64,000 bases of DNA from a virus, in IMG/VR virus record IMGVR_UViG_3300047551_002099, positions 1 through 64,000 of that record; one strand, written 5' to 3'. The position numbers and the translations under genes were made by a program. This document shows, one piece after another, positions 38,728 to 48,900 of this stretch. Position 1 is the stretch's first letter, and every line of letters starts with the position of its first letter. The notes beneath the pieces were generated by a model that was not told the DNA's origin, did no database searches, and saw only the letters and a program-made list of their open reading frames with translations.

Positions 38728-41700
38728 ATGGCTGTAGCAGACGATTATGAATCGCTGAGAATACCAGTATTAGAAGGTATTAATGATGACCCTCAAGAGC
38801 CTAACTATTTAGACAACGGTCGGGGGTGTAATGGTTCTTTCTTTGTGGACCGCTACAATGCACTAATCGATATTCTTAAAGGCATTCCTGAAGGTCCTCC
38901 GGGTCCTCAAGGAGTTCAAGGTAACCCAGGGCCTCAAGGTATTCAGGGAGTTCAAGGGCTTGTTGGGCCAGAAGGGCCCCAAGGAGAGCCGGGCCTAGCA
39001 GGTATTACTTGGCGCACAGGTGATGGAGTTCCCAGTGACTCCTTAGGAGTAAATAACGACTTATACCTAGACCTACTGACGGGAGACGTCTATAAGCGTA
39101 TCAATGGAGTCTACTATACCGTCCTTAATCTTATTGGGCCGGCTGGCCCAGAAGGGCCCCAAGGCGACCCTGGCTTAGACGGTTTGGACGGGATTAACGG
39201 TGCTACTATCCGGGTAGGCGGCACCACCCCAGATAATACTTTAGGTAACAACGGGGATTACTATATTGTCTCTACGTCAGGCGACTTACACCTCAAAAGT
39301 GGTGGCGCGTACTCTGTTGTAGCTAACTTAAAAGGCCCCCAAGGTATTCAAGGTATCCAAGGTATTCAAGGTATCCAAGGAGAGCCTGGAACTTCTATTA
39401 CGGTCGTCGGAACGCTTGCTAACGTGGGAGACCTCCCAGTAAGCTCTACAGTAGGGAGTACCTACTTAGTAGGTGGTTCGGGAGGAGACCTCTACGTTTG
39501 GAGTGAAAATAATACCTGGGTAAATCTAGGACCCTTCCAAGGCCCGGTTGGCCCCCAAGGTTTGAAAGGGGATACTGGCGACACTGGCCCTCAAGGTATA
39601 CAAGGTATACAAGGTATACAGGGTATACAAGGGCCTTCTGGGAACGTTTGGCGGAGCGGGCCTGTTAATCCCTCAAACGGAACTGGGGTAGATGACGATT
39701 ACTACGTCAATACTACCAGTGGGGATGTCTTTAAACGGGCTGCGGGTGCCTACGTTTTGCAGGGTAATATTAAAGGGCCGATCGGCGACCCTGGGCCTCA
39801 AGGTAACCCAGGCGATCAAGGGCCCCAAGGCCCCATCGGGGTAGCAGGGACTGTTTGGCGGAGTGCTGGGGCAGTTCCTAGTAATAGCCTTGGGGTAGAC
39901 GGAGATTATTACCTAAACACCGCCACCGGAGACGTACTCAGACGGACGTCTGGAGTTTATGTTCTACAAGGTAATATCAAAGGGCCGATTGGTGACCAAG
40001 GTATTCAAGGGCCTCAAGGTGACCCTGGCCCTCAAGGTAATACGGGTATTCAAGGGCCGACCGGGCCGGCTGGGGATAAAGCTGGTGTTAAATACTACTA
40101 CTCATCTACCACAACGGAAGGCGACCCTGGCAACGGGACGTTCCGCTTTAGCTCCACTATTCTAGGAGCGATTACCTACCTTTATATTGACAACGCGGAT
40201 TTTAATAACACTAACCAGACAGCTTGGTACAATGCCTGGGATGATTCTACCTCTACCATTAAGGGCCAGCTCTACGTTACAGGTAACACCGGCGGCAGCG
40301 CGGCGATGGCAGTGTTTAACATCACTGGGGATGTCATTATCGCCTCTGGCTACTACAAGGTGCCAGTTTTAAACGTTACTGGCACGCTACCCGCTAACGG
40401 GGAGGTATGCACGATTACCTTTGTGCCGGCAGGCTATAAAGGTGACCAAGGCATCCAAGGTATTCAGGGAATCCAAGGAGAGACAGGCACTCAAGGGCCC
40501 CAAGGTAACCCAGGAGTTAACGGAGCTACCGGGCCAGCCGGCGCGACAGGAGATAAAGGTGGTATTAAATATGTCTACTCCACGACAACCACAGACGCTG
40601 ACCCTGGCAGTGGAATATTCCGGCTGAACAACGCGACGGTGGGCAGTGTCACTTTTATCTATATAGATAACGTGGACTCCGGCGGGGTCTCCCGAACGAA
40701 CTGGTATGACACCTGGGATGACTCAACTTCTACAACCAAAGGGCATCTCTACATCGCAGCTAACTCATCTAGTAACGCAACTCAACTGGTTTATAACGTT
40801 ACTGCGGTTACAGTAGCTACTGGGTACTACAAGATAGCGGTCAGTTACGTCAGCGGGGTTAACACCTTAGCAAATAATGATGCTTGTACCTTGACCTTTG
40901 TGCCTACTGGAACAAAAGGAGATACAGGCCCTCAAGGGACTCAAGGGATTGAAGGTCCAGCTGGCGCTGGTGGCCTCCGAGTTGGTCTACGTTATAACTT
41001 CTCAACCATCACTAATGCCACCGGTATTGCGGCAGGAACGATTCGGTACAACAGCTCAACAGTAAGCTCTGTAACAGTATTGTTCATTGCTAATACCGAC
41101 GTTATGGGGCTTACCCAGAACACTTGGTTAGCCGGGCTAGATGATTCGTCGAATACTAATAACCGGGGGCTCATCACCATCATGGGAGCTGACCCAACTA
41201 GCAACACTGCAACAGTCTTTAAAGTAACCGGGGTTGCTACTGTTTTCTCAACTTATACTTCTGTAGCGGTTACCTACGTTTCTGGCACCCGGCCTGCGGA
41301 TGCACAAGCATTAGCAGTTGAATTTAGTCCAGCAGGAGACCTTGGTCCTACTGGCCCCGATGGAGCTACCGGGCCAGCCGGGCCGGCAGGCCCCGCGGGG
41401 ACTACTGGCGCCACTGGGGCTGATGGCGGCTGGCAGAGTGCCCAAACAGTAACGACCTTTACCGCAAGTGGTAACCTGACGGCTACCCACGTTGGGCACC
41501 TAGTCAGAAGCAACTCGGCTTCAAACATTACGTTAACCATTACTCAGTTCACTCCAACTACTGGGGTTCATATTGACTTAATGCGTTACGGCACCGGTGG
41601 GTTAACGATTGCTGCCGCGGCTGGAGTAACGATTCGGAGTGTAGCCAGCTATCGGGGTCTAAACTTCCAATACTCCTGTGCGTCTCTAGTCCACCTGGGA

Positions 41701-41739
41701 AGTAACGAATGGCTATTGGCTGGAGACCTTAAAGCATAG
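38728..41739 (+). CDS. Collagen-like tail fibre
   Basis: 1003 aa; multiple Gly-X-Y runs separated by repeated globular modules; C-terminal [16 protein letters not shown] fibre tip motif. Confidence 0.85.
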   Translation: MAVADDYESLRIPVLEGINDDPQEPNYLDNGRGCNGSFFVDRYNALIDILKGIPEGPPGPQGVQGNPGPQGIQGVQGLVGPEGPQGEPGLAGITWRTGDGVPSDSLGVNNDLYLDLLTGDVYKRINGVYYTVLNLIGPAGPEGPQGDPGLDGLDGINGATIRVGGTTPDNTLGNNGDYYIVSTSGDLHLKSGGAYSVVANLKGPQGIQGIQGIQGIQGEPGTSITVVGTLANVGDLPVSSTVGSTYLVGGSGGDLYVWSENNTWVNLGPFQGPVGPQGLKGDTGDTGPQGIQGIQGIQGIQGPSGNVWRSGPVNPSNGTGVDDDYYVNTTSGDVFKRAAGAYVLQGNIKGPIGDPGPQGNPGDQGPQGPIGVAGTVWRSAGAVPSNSLGVDGDYYLNTATGDVLRRTSGVYVLQGNIKGPIGDQGIQGPQGDPGPQGNTGIQGPTGPAGDKAGVKYYYSSTTTEGDPGNGTFRFSSTILGAITYLYIDNADFNNTNQTAWYNAWDDSTSTIKGQLYVTGNTGGSAAMAVFNITGDVIIASGYYKVPVLNVTGTLPANGEVCTITFVPAGYKGDQGIQGIQGIQGETGTQGPQGNPGVNGATGPAGATGDKGGIKYVYSTTTTDADPGSGIFRLNNATVGSVTFIYIDNVDSGGVSRTNWYDTWDDSTSTTKGHLYIAANSSSNATQLVYNVTAVTVATGYYKIAVSYVSGVNTLANNDACTLTFVPTGTKGDTGPQGTQGIEGPAGAGGLRVGLRYNFSTITNATGIAAGTIRYNSSTVSSVTVLFIANTDVMGLTQNTWLAGLDDSSNTNNRGLITIMGADPTSNTATVFKVTGVATVFSTYTSVAVTYVSGTRPADAQALAVEFSPAGDLGPTGPDGATGPAGPAGPAGTTGATGADGGWQSAQTVTTFTASGNLTATHVGHLVRSNSASNITLTITQFTPTTGVHIDLMRYGTGGLTIAAAAGVTIRSVASYRGLNFQYSCASLVHLGSNEWLLAGDLKA

Positions 41740-41742
41740 ACT

Positions 41743-42666
41743 ATGCCTTACACCATCGGGTTCCACAAGTTTAATCCTCCTTACTGGACGGCACAAGAAG
41801 TCTTCAATGAAGGCGGGTCTATCAGCCTGTGGTTATCTGGAAACACTGCTGATAATTATCAAGGAACGCTACCAACGACTATTACTAAAGACGGGGCGGG
41901 TTATGTTTCTGCTTGGTCTAGTAGTTGGGGCGCAGCAGTAACAAACGCTGGTGGGTCGTCTGTAAAACCATATGTTGTTGGGGGTAACCCTTATATAACT
42001 TTCCCTAACAACACATTCCTAAACGTGGGGCAAGAGGTAGTCATTAACCCCTTGACGACGTCTAGCCCAGCGAACAACATCGCTGCCTTCTTTTTAGTAG
42101 TTAGCATAAACGCGGCGTACTTTGGATATAACAAAAGCTGGTCGTTGCTTGCTTCTTATAATGGTTCTAACCCTAACTACTTCCATTCATTTGCGTATCT
42201 ACAATCCGACTCGACCGACCGGTTTTGGTTTGGTCAGCGAGCTCAAACAGCAACAGGCTCTGGGCAAAATATTCAGAGTCAGATGTACAGCTCTAATTTA
42301 ATTTTTAATGATAAATACACTCTTATTACTGGCTTCATTAATAATAACAGCTCAACCTTCCAAGCGTCGTCCTATTTCTATAACGCTGACGGTTACGGAA
42401 ATCTAGTAAGTCAGACTACTAACATTACAGGAATACCCTCAGCTAACTACGGTAATCTGACCGCTACCACCTTAAATACCATTCCTGGTGGGGATGCGAC
42501 TACTTTAGGGCTAACCAGCTACTTTAACTGTCACGAACTTTTACTAGCTGACCTAACCTACTCCTCTAATCTATTCACAAAGGTGGAGGGGTCTATGGCT
42601 TGGAAGTATGGGATTCCTCTACCTAACACTCACCCCTACTATAGCTCTGCTCCTTTACTTGTTTAA
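41743..42666 (+). CDS. Tail-fibre-associated lectin-like (LamG/ConA-like) protein
   Basis: SLWL..VSAW start, AFFLV, and C-terminal VEGSMAWKYG..LP..HPY..AP motif seen in phage fibre-associated proteins; Asn/Ser/Thr/Tyr-rich. Confidence 0.6.
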   Translation: MPYTIGFHKFNPPYWTAQEVFNEGGSISLWLSGNTADNYQGTLPTTITKDGAGYVSAWSSSWGAAVTNAGGSSVKPYVVGGNPYITFPNNTFLNVGQEVVINPLTTSSPANNIAAFFLVVSINAAYFGYNKSWSLLASYNGSNPNYFHSFAYLQSDSTDRFWFGQRAQTATGSGQNIQSQMYSSNLIFNDKYTLITGFINNNSSTFQASSYFYNADGYGNLVSQTTNITGIPSANYGNLTATTLNTIPGGDATTLGLTSYFNCHELLLADLTYSSNLFTKVEGSMAWKYGIPLPNTHPYYSSAPLLV

Positions 42667-42671
42667 TTATT

Positions 42672-43478
42672 ATGGCTGTATCTCCAATCGTTATACTAGG
42701 TGACCAATTTACAGGTAGCGGCTCTGATGACACTACCCAAGGTTTTCGTAAGTACAACACACACGTTCATAGTGAAGCCCGGGTCACTGACTTTCTAGCC
42801 TACGACGTGGCAATGGCAGACCCAGTTTATCTATATAACGTTGACGACCAGCTTGTTTACAACACCATCACCCCGCCAGAGATTACCTATCTTTCTGCTA
42901 CCCAACTTAGGTTAAGCACTACGGTTAATCAAACCTTAACAGACACGGTTCTTTATGTAAAAGCGCCGAAGGAAGAACCGGAAACCGCGGTTGTCATTCG
43001 GGGAGTCACGATTGAAGCAGGGTCCAATATTATTGAATTCACTGGTGATTTATCCAGTGGGTTTATCGCGGACAGTCAACTCCAAGCGCTATCCGCCGAC
43101 CAACTTAACCATACATTTACGATACCGTCAGGGGTGGCTAACTATACCTACCCGTTGGTTTTCCCCTCTGCTAATAAAACTTGGGTACGCTCCCTAGCTA
43201 TTGCGTCTCACCACGGTAAAGGGATTTACCAACTTATAGCCAAGCGGGAAAACCAAGAACGGCTGTTGGTGGACATTGACATCCAAAACCCTGGTGTTAT
43301 CCACAACGTAGACCTTACCGATGCTAGTGTTGACGGCTCAGTCTTTAGTTATCCTAATAACTTACTGCCCAGCCCGCTAGATGAATATAGCTACTTAAAC
43401 TTTAAGGTTCTCCAAACAGAGCCGACTATAAACCATGTTGTAGTTAGTCTCTCTTTGGAAATTCAGAAGGTACTATAA
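42672..43478 (+). CDS. Hypothetical virion protein
   Basis: 268-aa beta-rich ORF in the operon. Confidence 0.6.
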   Translation: MAVSPIVILGDQFTGSGSDDTTQGFRKYNTHVHSEARVTDFLAYDVAMADPVYLYNVDDQLVYNTITPPEITYLSATQLRLSTTVNQTLTDTVLYVKAPKEEPETAVVIRGVTIEAGSNIIEFTGDLSSGFIADSQLQALSADQLNHTFTIPSGVANYTYPLVFPSANKTWVRSLAIASHHGKGIYQLIAKRENQERLLVDIDIQNPGVIHNVDLTDASVDGSVFSYPNNLLPSPLDEYSYLNFKVLQTEPTINHVVVSLSLEIQKVL

Positions 43479-43480
43479 CA

Positions 43481-45262
43481 ATGGCAGGGTTAGATAACTC
43501 CTTGGACTTCAGCAACTTTTTTGAAGAGTTAGCTGCTGAAGTCCGACAAGAATACTCAACTGACTGCGCTGCTACCAATATCATGGAGTTCCTTGAGAAC
43601 GAAGTGGATATTACCAGCTGGTTAGGGGAAGGGGGAAGTTTAACACCACAACAAAGAACCATTTTAAAGATTTACGATGGGCTTGAGTTAGACGATGACG
43701 AGCTGGCACTGGTAGAAGCTTGGAAAGCACTAGATAGGACAACCTACGACTTTGAGTTAGGGCCTAAGTCACGGCAAGCTTTTGTGATGGAGGCAGGGCG
43801 CAGCTCAGGAAAAAGTTTTTTAGGTAGTATTATCTTGGGTTACGAGTGGTATAAGCTTTGCATGATGCCTAACCCCCAAGCGTTTTTTGGAGTAGCTGCA
43901 TCTACCCTTATTTCTATCTATTGCTTAGCCCCGTCATCTACCCAAACCAAGAAAACCATCTTTGGGATTTCTAAGGCATTTCTAAACTATATCCCTAAGA
44001 TTAAACGTCTAATTGATAACAAAAGTATCGTCGTTGGGGAAGAAGAAATTAAGTACCCTGAAAAGCTACTGTACATCTACGCCGGGAACAGCAAAGGGAG
44101 CACCCAGGTCGGTAGCCGTGTCATTCTAATGGTTATGGATGAGGTAGCTCGTTTTGAGTCTAAAGATGGGGACTCTAACGCCTTGGAACTATGGTCTAAC
44201 GTAGGGGTGTCAGGTATCACCTTTGGGGAGTTTGCTCGACGGGTAGCTATCTCTTCAGCGTGGGAAGAAGGTGACGCTATTCAAAAGCTGTGGAATGCCT
44301 CTAAGTTAGAAGACTCTTGGATTGGTTTTCGTTTTCGTACTTGGGACGTTAACCCCAAAATGGATAGGGACAACCCTATCATCGCTTCGGAGTATAACTT
44401 AGACGCATCTAATGCAAAGCTTGAGTTTGAAGGTGACCGTTCAGCCAATGCCTATTCTTTCTTTGCTGAGCAAGAGGTTCACCGAGCCTTCAGAGGTCGA
44501 GTACGTTGTGATATTCAAGTGATGCCATCGTTAGGTGACGGGCTGATCCGCTTGGAAGCAAAGTCCGTTGAGCAGTTCAGCGGGTTGACCTATATGCACT
44601 TAGACCCGGCGGTAGTGCGGGATGCTTATGCTATGTGTTTTGGCCACGGGGAAACCAACAGCGGTGGTCAAAAGATTGTAGTCATAGATGGACTCGCGGC
44701 TTGGGAGCCTAAACCAGGAGAAGTTGTTAGTTTATTAAACGTTTATGACATTATTTATAGTATTCATGGTCAGCGTCCAATACATAAAGTAACCACTGAC
44801 CACGCGCAACAAGCAGAGACAATTCAACGACTACGGATGAATGGGCTGAACGCCAGCAGTCTATTCTTTTCCAACCGGCTGCAAGTTGAGATTTACGATG
44901 CCACTCGTAAGCTGTTACATGAAGACCGACTGATTCTGCCTAAGGACTCCCCCTGGTCAAACTTGCTGCGCCACGAAATGATGACCATTCAGTACGACCG
45001 GCAGAAAAATAAGATTTACCATAATCCCGATTCCAGTAAAGACGTTCTTGACTGCCTATGTTCTGTGGTTTGGCATATCGCTGGCAACCAAATAGGTAGC
45101 GCTAATTCTGTTGTTATTTCCAAACGGCAGACTCTATTTAACCAAGCAATGGATAAGTTCGGTCGGACAGTAGACGATGATGATTTTGTCACTAGCCGCC
45201 GGGAGGTCGTTAGAAGCGCCCGTACCGTAAAAAGCGGGCTGTTTGACGAGTACGATTTTTAG
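43481..45262 (+). CDS. terL: Terminase large subunit
   Basis: LTPQQ adenine-binding motif, Walker A AGRSSGKS, Walker B MVMDE, coupling motif ISS, nuclease acidic residues HLDP..DAYA and SKDVLD. Confidence 0.9.
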   Translation: MAGLDNSLDFSNFFEELAAEVRQEYSTDCAATNIMEFLENEVDITSWLGEGGSLTPQQRTILKIYDGLELDDDELALVEAWKALDRTTYDFELGPKSRQAFVMEAGRSSGKSFLGSIILGYEWYKLCMMPNPQAFFGVAASTLISIYCLAPSSTQTKKTIFGISKAFLNYIPKIKRLIDNKSIVVGEEEIKYPEKLLYIYAGNSKGSTQVGSRVILMVMDEVARFESKDGDSNALELWSNVGVSGITFGEFARRVAISSAWEEGDAIQKLWNASKLEDSWIGFRFRTWDVNPKMDRDNPIIASEYNLDASNAKLEFEGDRSANAYSFFAEQEVHRAFRGRVRCDIQVMPSLGDGLIRLEAKSVEQFSGLTYMHLDPAVVRDAYAMCFGHGETNSGGQKIVVIDGLAAWEPKPGEVVSLLNVYDIIYSIHGQRPIHKVTTDHAQQAETIQRLRMNGLNASSLFFSNRLQVEIYDATRKLLHEDRLILPKDSPWSNLLRHEMMTIQYDRQKNKIYHNPDSSKDVLDCLCSVVWHIAGNQIGSANSVVISKRQTLFNQAMDKFGRTVDDDDFVTSRREVVRSARTVKSGLFDEYDF

Positions 45263-45284
45263 TTTAGGTTGAGAGTAGTAAGCC

Positions 45285-45301
45285 ACACGAACGGTTCGTG
45301 C
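45285..45301. promoter_or_regulatory. Palindrome CACGAAC-G-GTTCGTG (copy 3 of 3)
   Basis: Intergenic after terL, ending immediately before ATG 45303. Confidence 0.65.
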
Positions 45302-45302
45302 A

Positions 45303-45962
45303 ATGCCTGAGTCTAACCCCTACAGTCCGATTCTGCCACCACCCCAACCTAGTATCTGGCCCGCTACGTCCGAGGCTCAAATTCTGCAGACGGTAGAAAC
45401 CCGGCTGACCTACACGCCTATTGTGGTTCAGTTCTTATCCCCAATTCTGAACGAAGACAGCTCCCCTTACACAGATAAACAAGGTAAGAAACGTTACGCT
45501 CTTCGGATTAGCTGTCCACCCAGCAACCGTCCCGGTGAGTGGCAGTACATCCCTGATAGTTATTACTATGAAATCCCTGACGATGGATTGCTACGGCTGC
45601 AGCTAGTCCCTTCTGACCGTTACTTGCCGATTGGACGTTATGTTGTAGAGTACTTCCGCATTGGTAAGAAGTTACCTGTCTTAACGCAGCGTTGGGTTGT
45701 TCCTAAACCCCCACCAATGGGAACCTATTCTTTCACTTATGAACTCCAACCTCCAATTCTTCCCGTAGATGTTTGGAAGGTTACCAGTGTTTCAGCAGGT
45801 TATGAATGGGTAAGTAACTACAACTCACTGACTTGGGGCACCCCGCCGGCGCTAGGTGATGTAGTTAACGTTCGCTACCAACGCGCGGTCACCCTTGATA
45901 AGTTAATTGACTATAGTTTGAATAACACTAATATTAAAGAAACTGACCGAGTTCGATATTAA
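45303..45962 (+). CDS. Hypothetical protein (Pro-rich, beta-strand)
   Basis: 219-aa ORF between terL and the giant gene. Confidence 0.65.
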   Translation: MPESNPYSPILPPPQPSIWPATSEAQILQTVETRLTYTPIVVQFLSPILNEDSSPYTDKQGKKRYALRISCPPSNRPGEWQYIPDSYYYEIPDDGLLRLQLVPSDRYLPIGRYVVEYFRIGKKLPVLTQRWVVPKPPPMGTYSFTYELQPPILPVDVWKVTSVSAGYEWVSNYNSLTWGTPPALGDVVNVRYQRAVTLDKLIDYSLNNTNIKETDRVRY

Positions 45963-45967
45963 ATAGA

Positions 45968-48900
45968 ATGATTCAGTACGAAACCAGCGTTGACGGTCGT
46001 CTTAAGTTTACACTCAACGACCAATATAGGGAGATAGCCCGTCAAGAGTCTGGTGGGAATATGTCGCTGCGGGGCACAACCAATAGGGAACAGAGTCCCT
46101 ATGGTGTGGTCGCTTATAAGCACGACACCCGTAAGTATAGTGATTTCGTACAGGGATTAGAAAATCTGGATGTAATTCAGTTTGCTGCACCGTTTAACAA
46201 CGTCCAGAAAAGTTTGTCTTCCCAGCCGAATATAGCTACCAACATACTTGAAAGTGCTTACGAAAACATTGGGTTAGTTCAGCGGATGTTCCCATCGGAA
46301 GTTGGGATGTTAATGCGTACAGGGAAGCTCAAGTCGTTGTTGCACGACCAAACCTACTTTAAAAGTACGGTGCAGCAACCCATTGGTTTTTACGACCAGC
46401 AGGAAACCGTTATAAAGAACCAATACCAAGCGTCCCGACACCAGAATAAAGATGGGTCTAACCCGTTGATTATTGGACATGACCCTTTAGAGCTGCAGCA
46501 CGCCAAAAGTACGGAAGGGTTATATTCTAAAGAGCGTTATCAGCAGATTAAAGAAGAGTTTGCGGCTAAAGGTTTAAAAGAGCCTGTTCCTACTGGTAAA
46601 GCGCAATTCACTGGCGCGATGTTTACAGACTTAGCTGTTGGTGGGCTGTCTTTGAGTGGTTCCGGTGGGGTTCTTGGTCAGTATGAAGACTACTCCATTG
46701 GGTTTGAAAACCCAACAATTGTTGATTGGATTAGCGAATTTAGAAAGACTGGTCTTGAGAAGGAATATTTTGTACGTGAATCAGAAGCCGCCCGCGGGGT
46801 TAAGGTCACTGGTAACTTGTCTATTTATGAAGAGCGCAACAAGCAACTTCGAGACGTTGCCGAAATTCTTAAAATCGTAGACCCCAAAGGTGAAAAGGGT
46901 CTAGCCCAAATAACCGTTGGTAGTCCTTCAATGGACTGGAACGAGTTTGCCAGAGACTCTAGTTCTAAGGATGCCCGTCAGAAACAAAGCGTAGGCACAT
47001 TTATTAAGTTGCTGCAAGAAACCGCTAAGTACGGCTCCAAGAACGTTTTGATTATGGACCCCAGCCGGATTAACATCCCGGAGAATGAACAGCGCCGGCT
47101 AAAACGAAGTACATACATCGGAAAGTCCATTCGGGGTAAAGCGCAGCATAGCAACACGATGGGTATTACAATGCGGCCCATCACAGGTTTAACCCCAGAG
47201 CAAACAAAACTACTTGAAGCCAAAGGGCTGTTGGAGAAAGCGAAGACCGGCGTCCATACGTTGAACGTAGGTAACGCCCGACCAACAGGTAACTACTCCA
47301 TTAACCAGGAGATAATTATTGACATGAACAAAGCGGACGCTGCTACCCGCGCGGGCGCAGCTTTCATTGAAGCAAACATAGCCGCTAGTCATGTCGCGTT
47401 CTTACCCCGCCGGGATATCGCTAAAGAAGGAATTGCAGGCTCGATGCTGCAGCAGTTCTATATGCCCACTTTTAAAGACTCTCAAAAGAGTGGTTTTACC
47501 CAAGAGGGCCTGTTACCGAACATGCCCTTATCTATGCCCCAGTCGTTCTTCCGATACTTCAAACCAGGGACTAGAACTCATATCTATAGCGACCGGTATC
47601 GAGCGCTAACTGGAAAGTATGCTACAGGGCTCCAAGGGGATGTGCTACGGGAGTTAGACGCTAAGTTAAGCGACCCTGGGCCTGGAAATCAGATTAACTA
47701 CTTCCTGCGGCAGCGTGACTTATACGAGCCAGGCAAAGGCATAATCGGGACAGCTGCTGCCACGGTTGGTCGGTTTATTGATACAGCTACTGGTTTTTAT
47801 ACCATGCAGGCCATCAAGGCGCGGGAGTCTGGTCAGTTAGGGGGTTCGTTAAGAGAGCTATACGAAAAACGCCAGTACGACCCTTACGACCAAACAGAAA
47901 ACCGTGGGTTCTTTGAAAACTTATTGACTAAGACAGCTGGGACGTTATCTGCCACGACGACGGCTATGGCGGCTTACTTTGGGGTAACCCATGCTTACAC
48001 CATGGCGCGGGCTCAGATCGAGCAGGTCGGTGTGGATTATGTACTGGAGTCTATTGCTAGAGGGCACACAGAAGGAGTCAAGAGTTTATTTATTACCCAA
48101 TTACTAGACCCATCGCACCAGGAATTAATCCTAGGCGCTAGCACTATTTATAACGCCGATATTCCCCACCTGACGGTGCGTAATACCGGTACAGCTATGG
48201 AAGCTTACTTCAATTTAACTGTTAACCGAAGCTTACAAGCATTACAACATACACAATATGCAGGAATAATCACTGACGAGATGATTGAAGCTGTAGCTTC
48301 TAGTGACACCTTCGGTGACTTTGTCATAACTGATAGTAATGTCACTCGGCTCAACAGCCAAATTATGGGGGATTCTTTTGAAGCGGTTATGGACCCCACC
48401 AGCAATAAGCGGACGATGGCAGCAGTGGTGACTCGTAAGTTGAGTCAGAAACTGGCTGCTTTACCGGAGGGTGCGGTTATTAGCGAAAGTACTATCACGC
48501 CTTTGATTGATGACATCTATAAAGAGATGGGTATCGACCGGCAGTCTGGTTTGATTGATTTGGGGCGGGGTACAGATAGCCTTGACATTAAACGGGGAAC
48601 TCAACCCGCTGGCTTTAGTAATCTAGCTGGTGTGCGCCGAATGGACTCTAGCAACCTGCAGCACATGTTTCTGCCCTTGCTAGATGACATGGTCTTTGAC
48701 AAGGGTGCTAAGAAATATCAATCAGCCAAACAGAACTTACTACGGCTGGCTCAGTCAACCCCTGCGTTGACTTATAAGAATACTGCCAATAACATCGCCG
48801 CGGCGTCCGACCTTCGTATTTATAACTATGGTTATGAGCGGATGCGTCAGCTGGCGGAAGTCTTTGACGAGTTAGCAACCCACCTACCTGCTAATCCGCT

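Noticed and set aside
39340-39630. 9-bp tandem repeats as CRISPR or contingency locus
   Set aside because: They encode collagen Gln-Gly-Ile triplets; no spacers, and unit changes preserve the frame.
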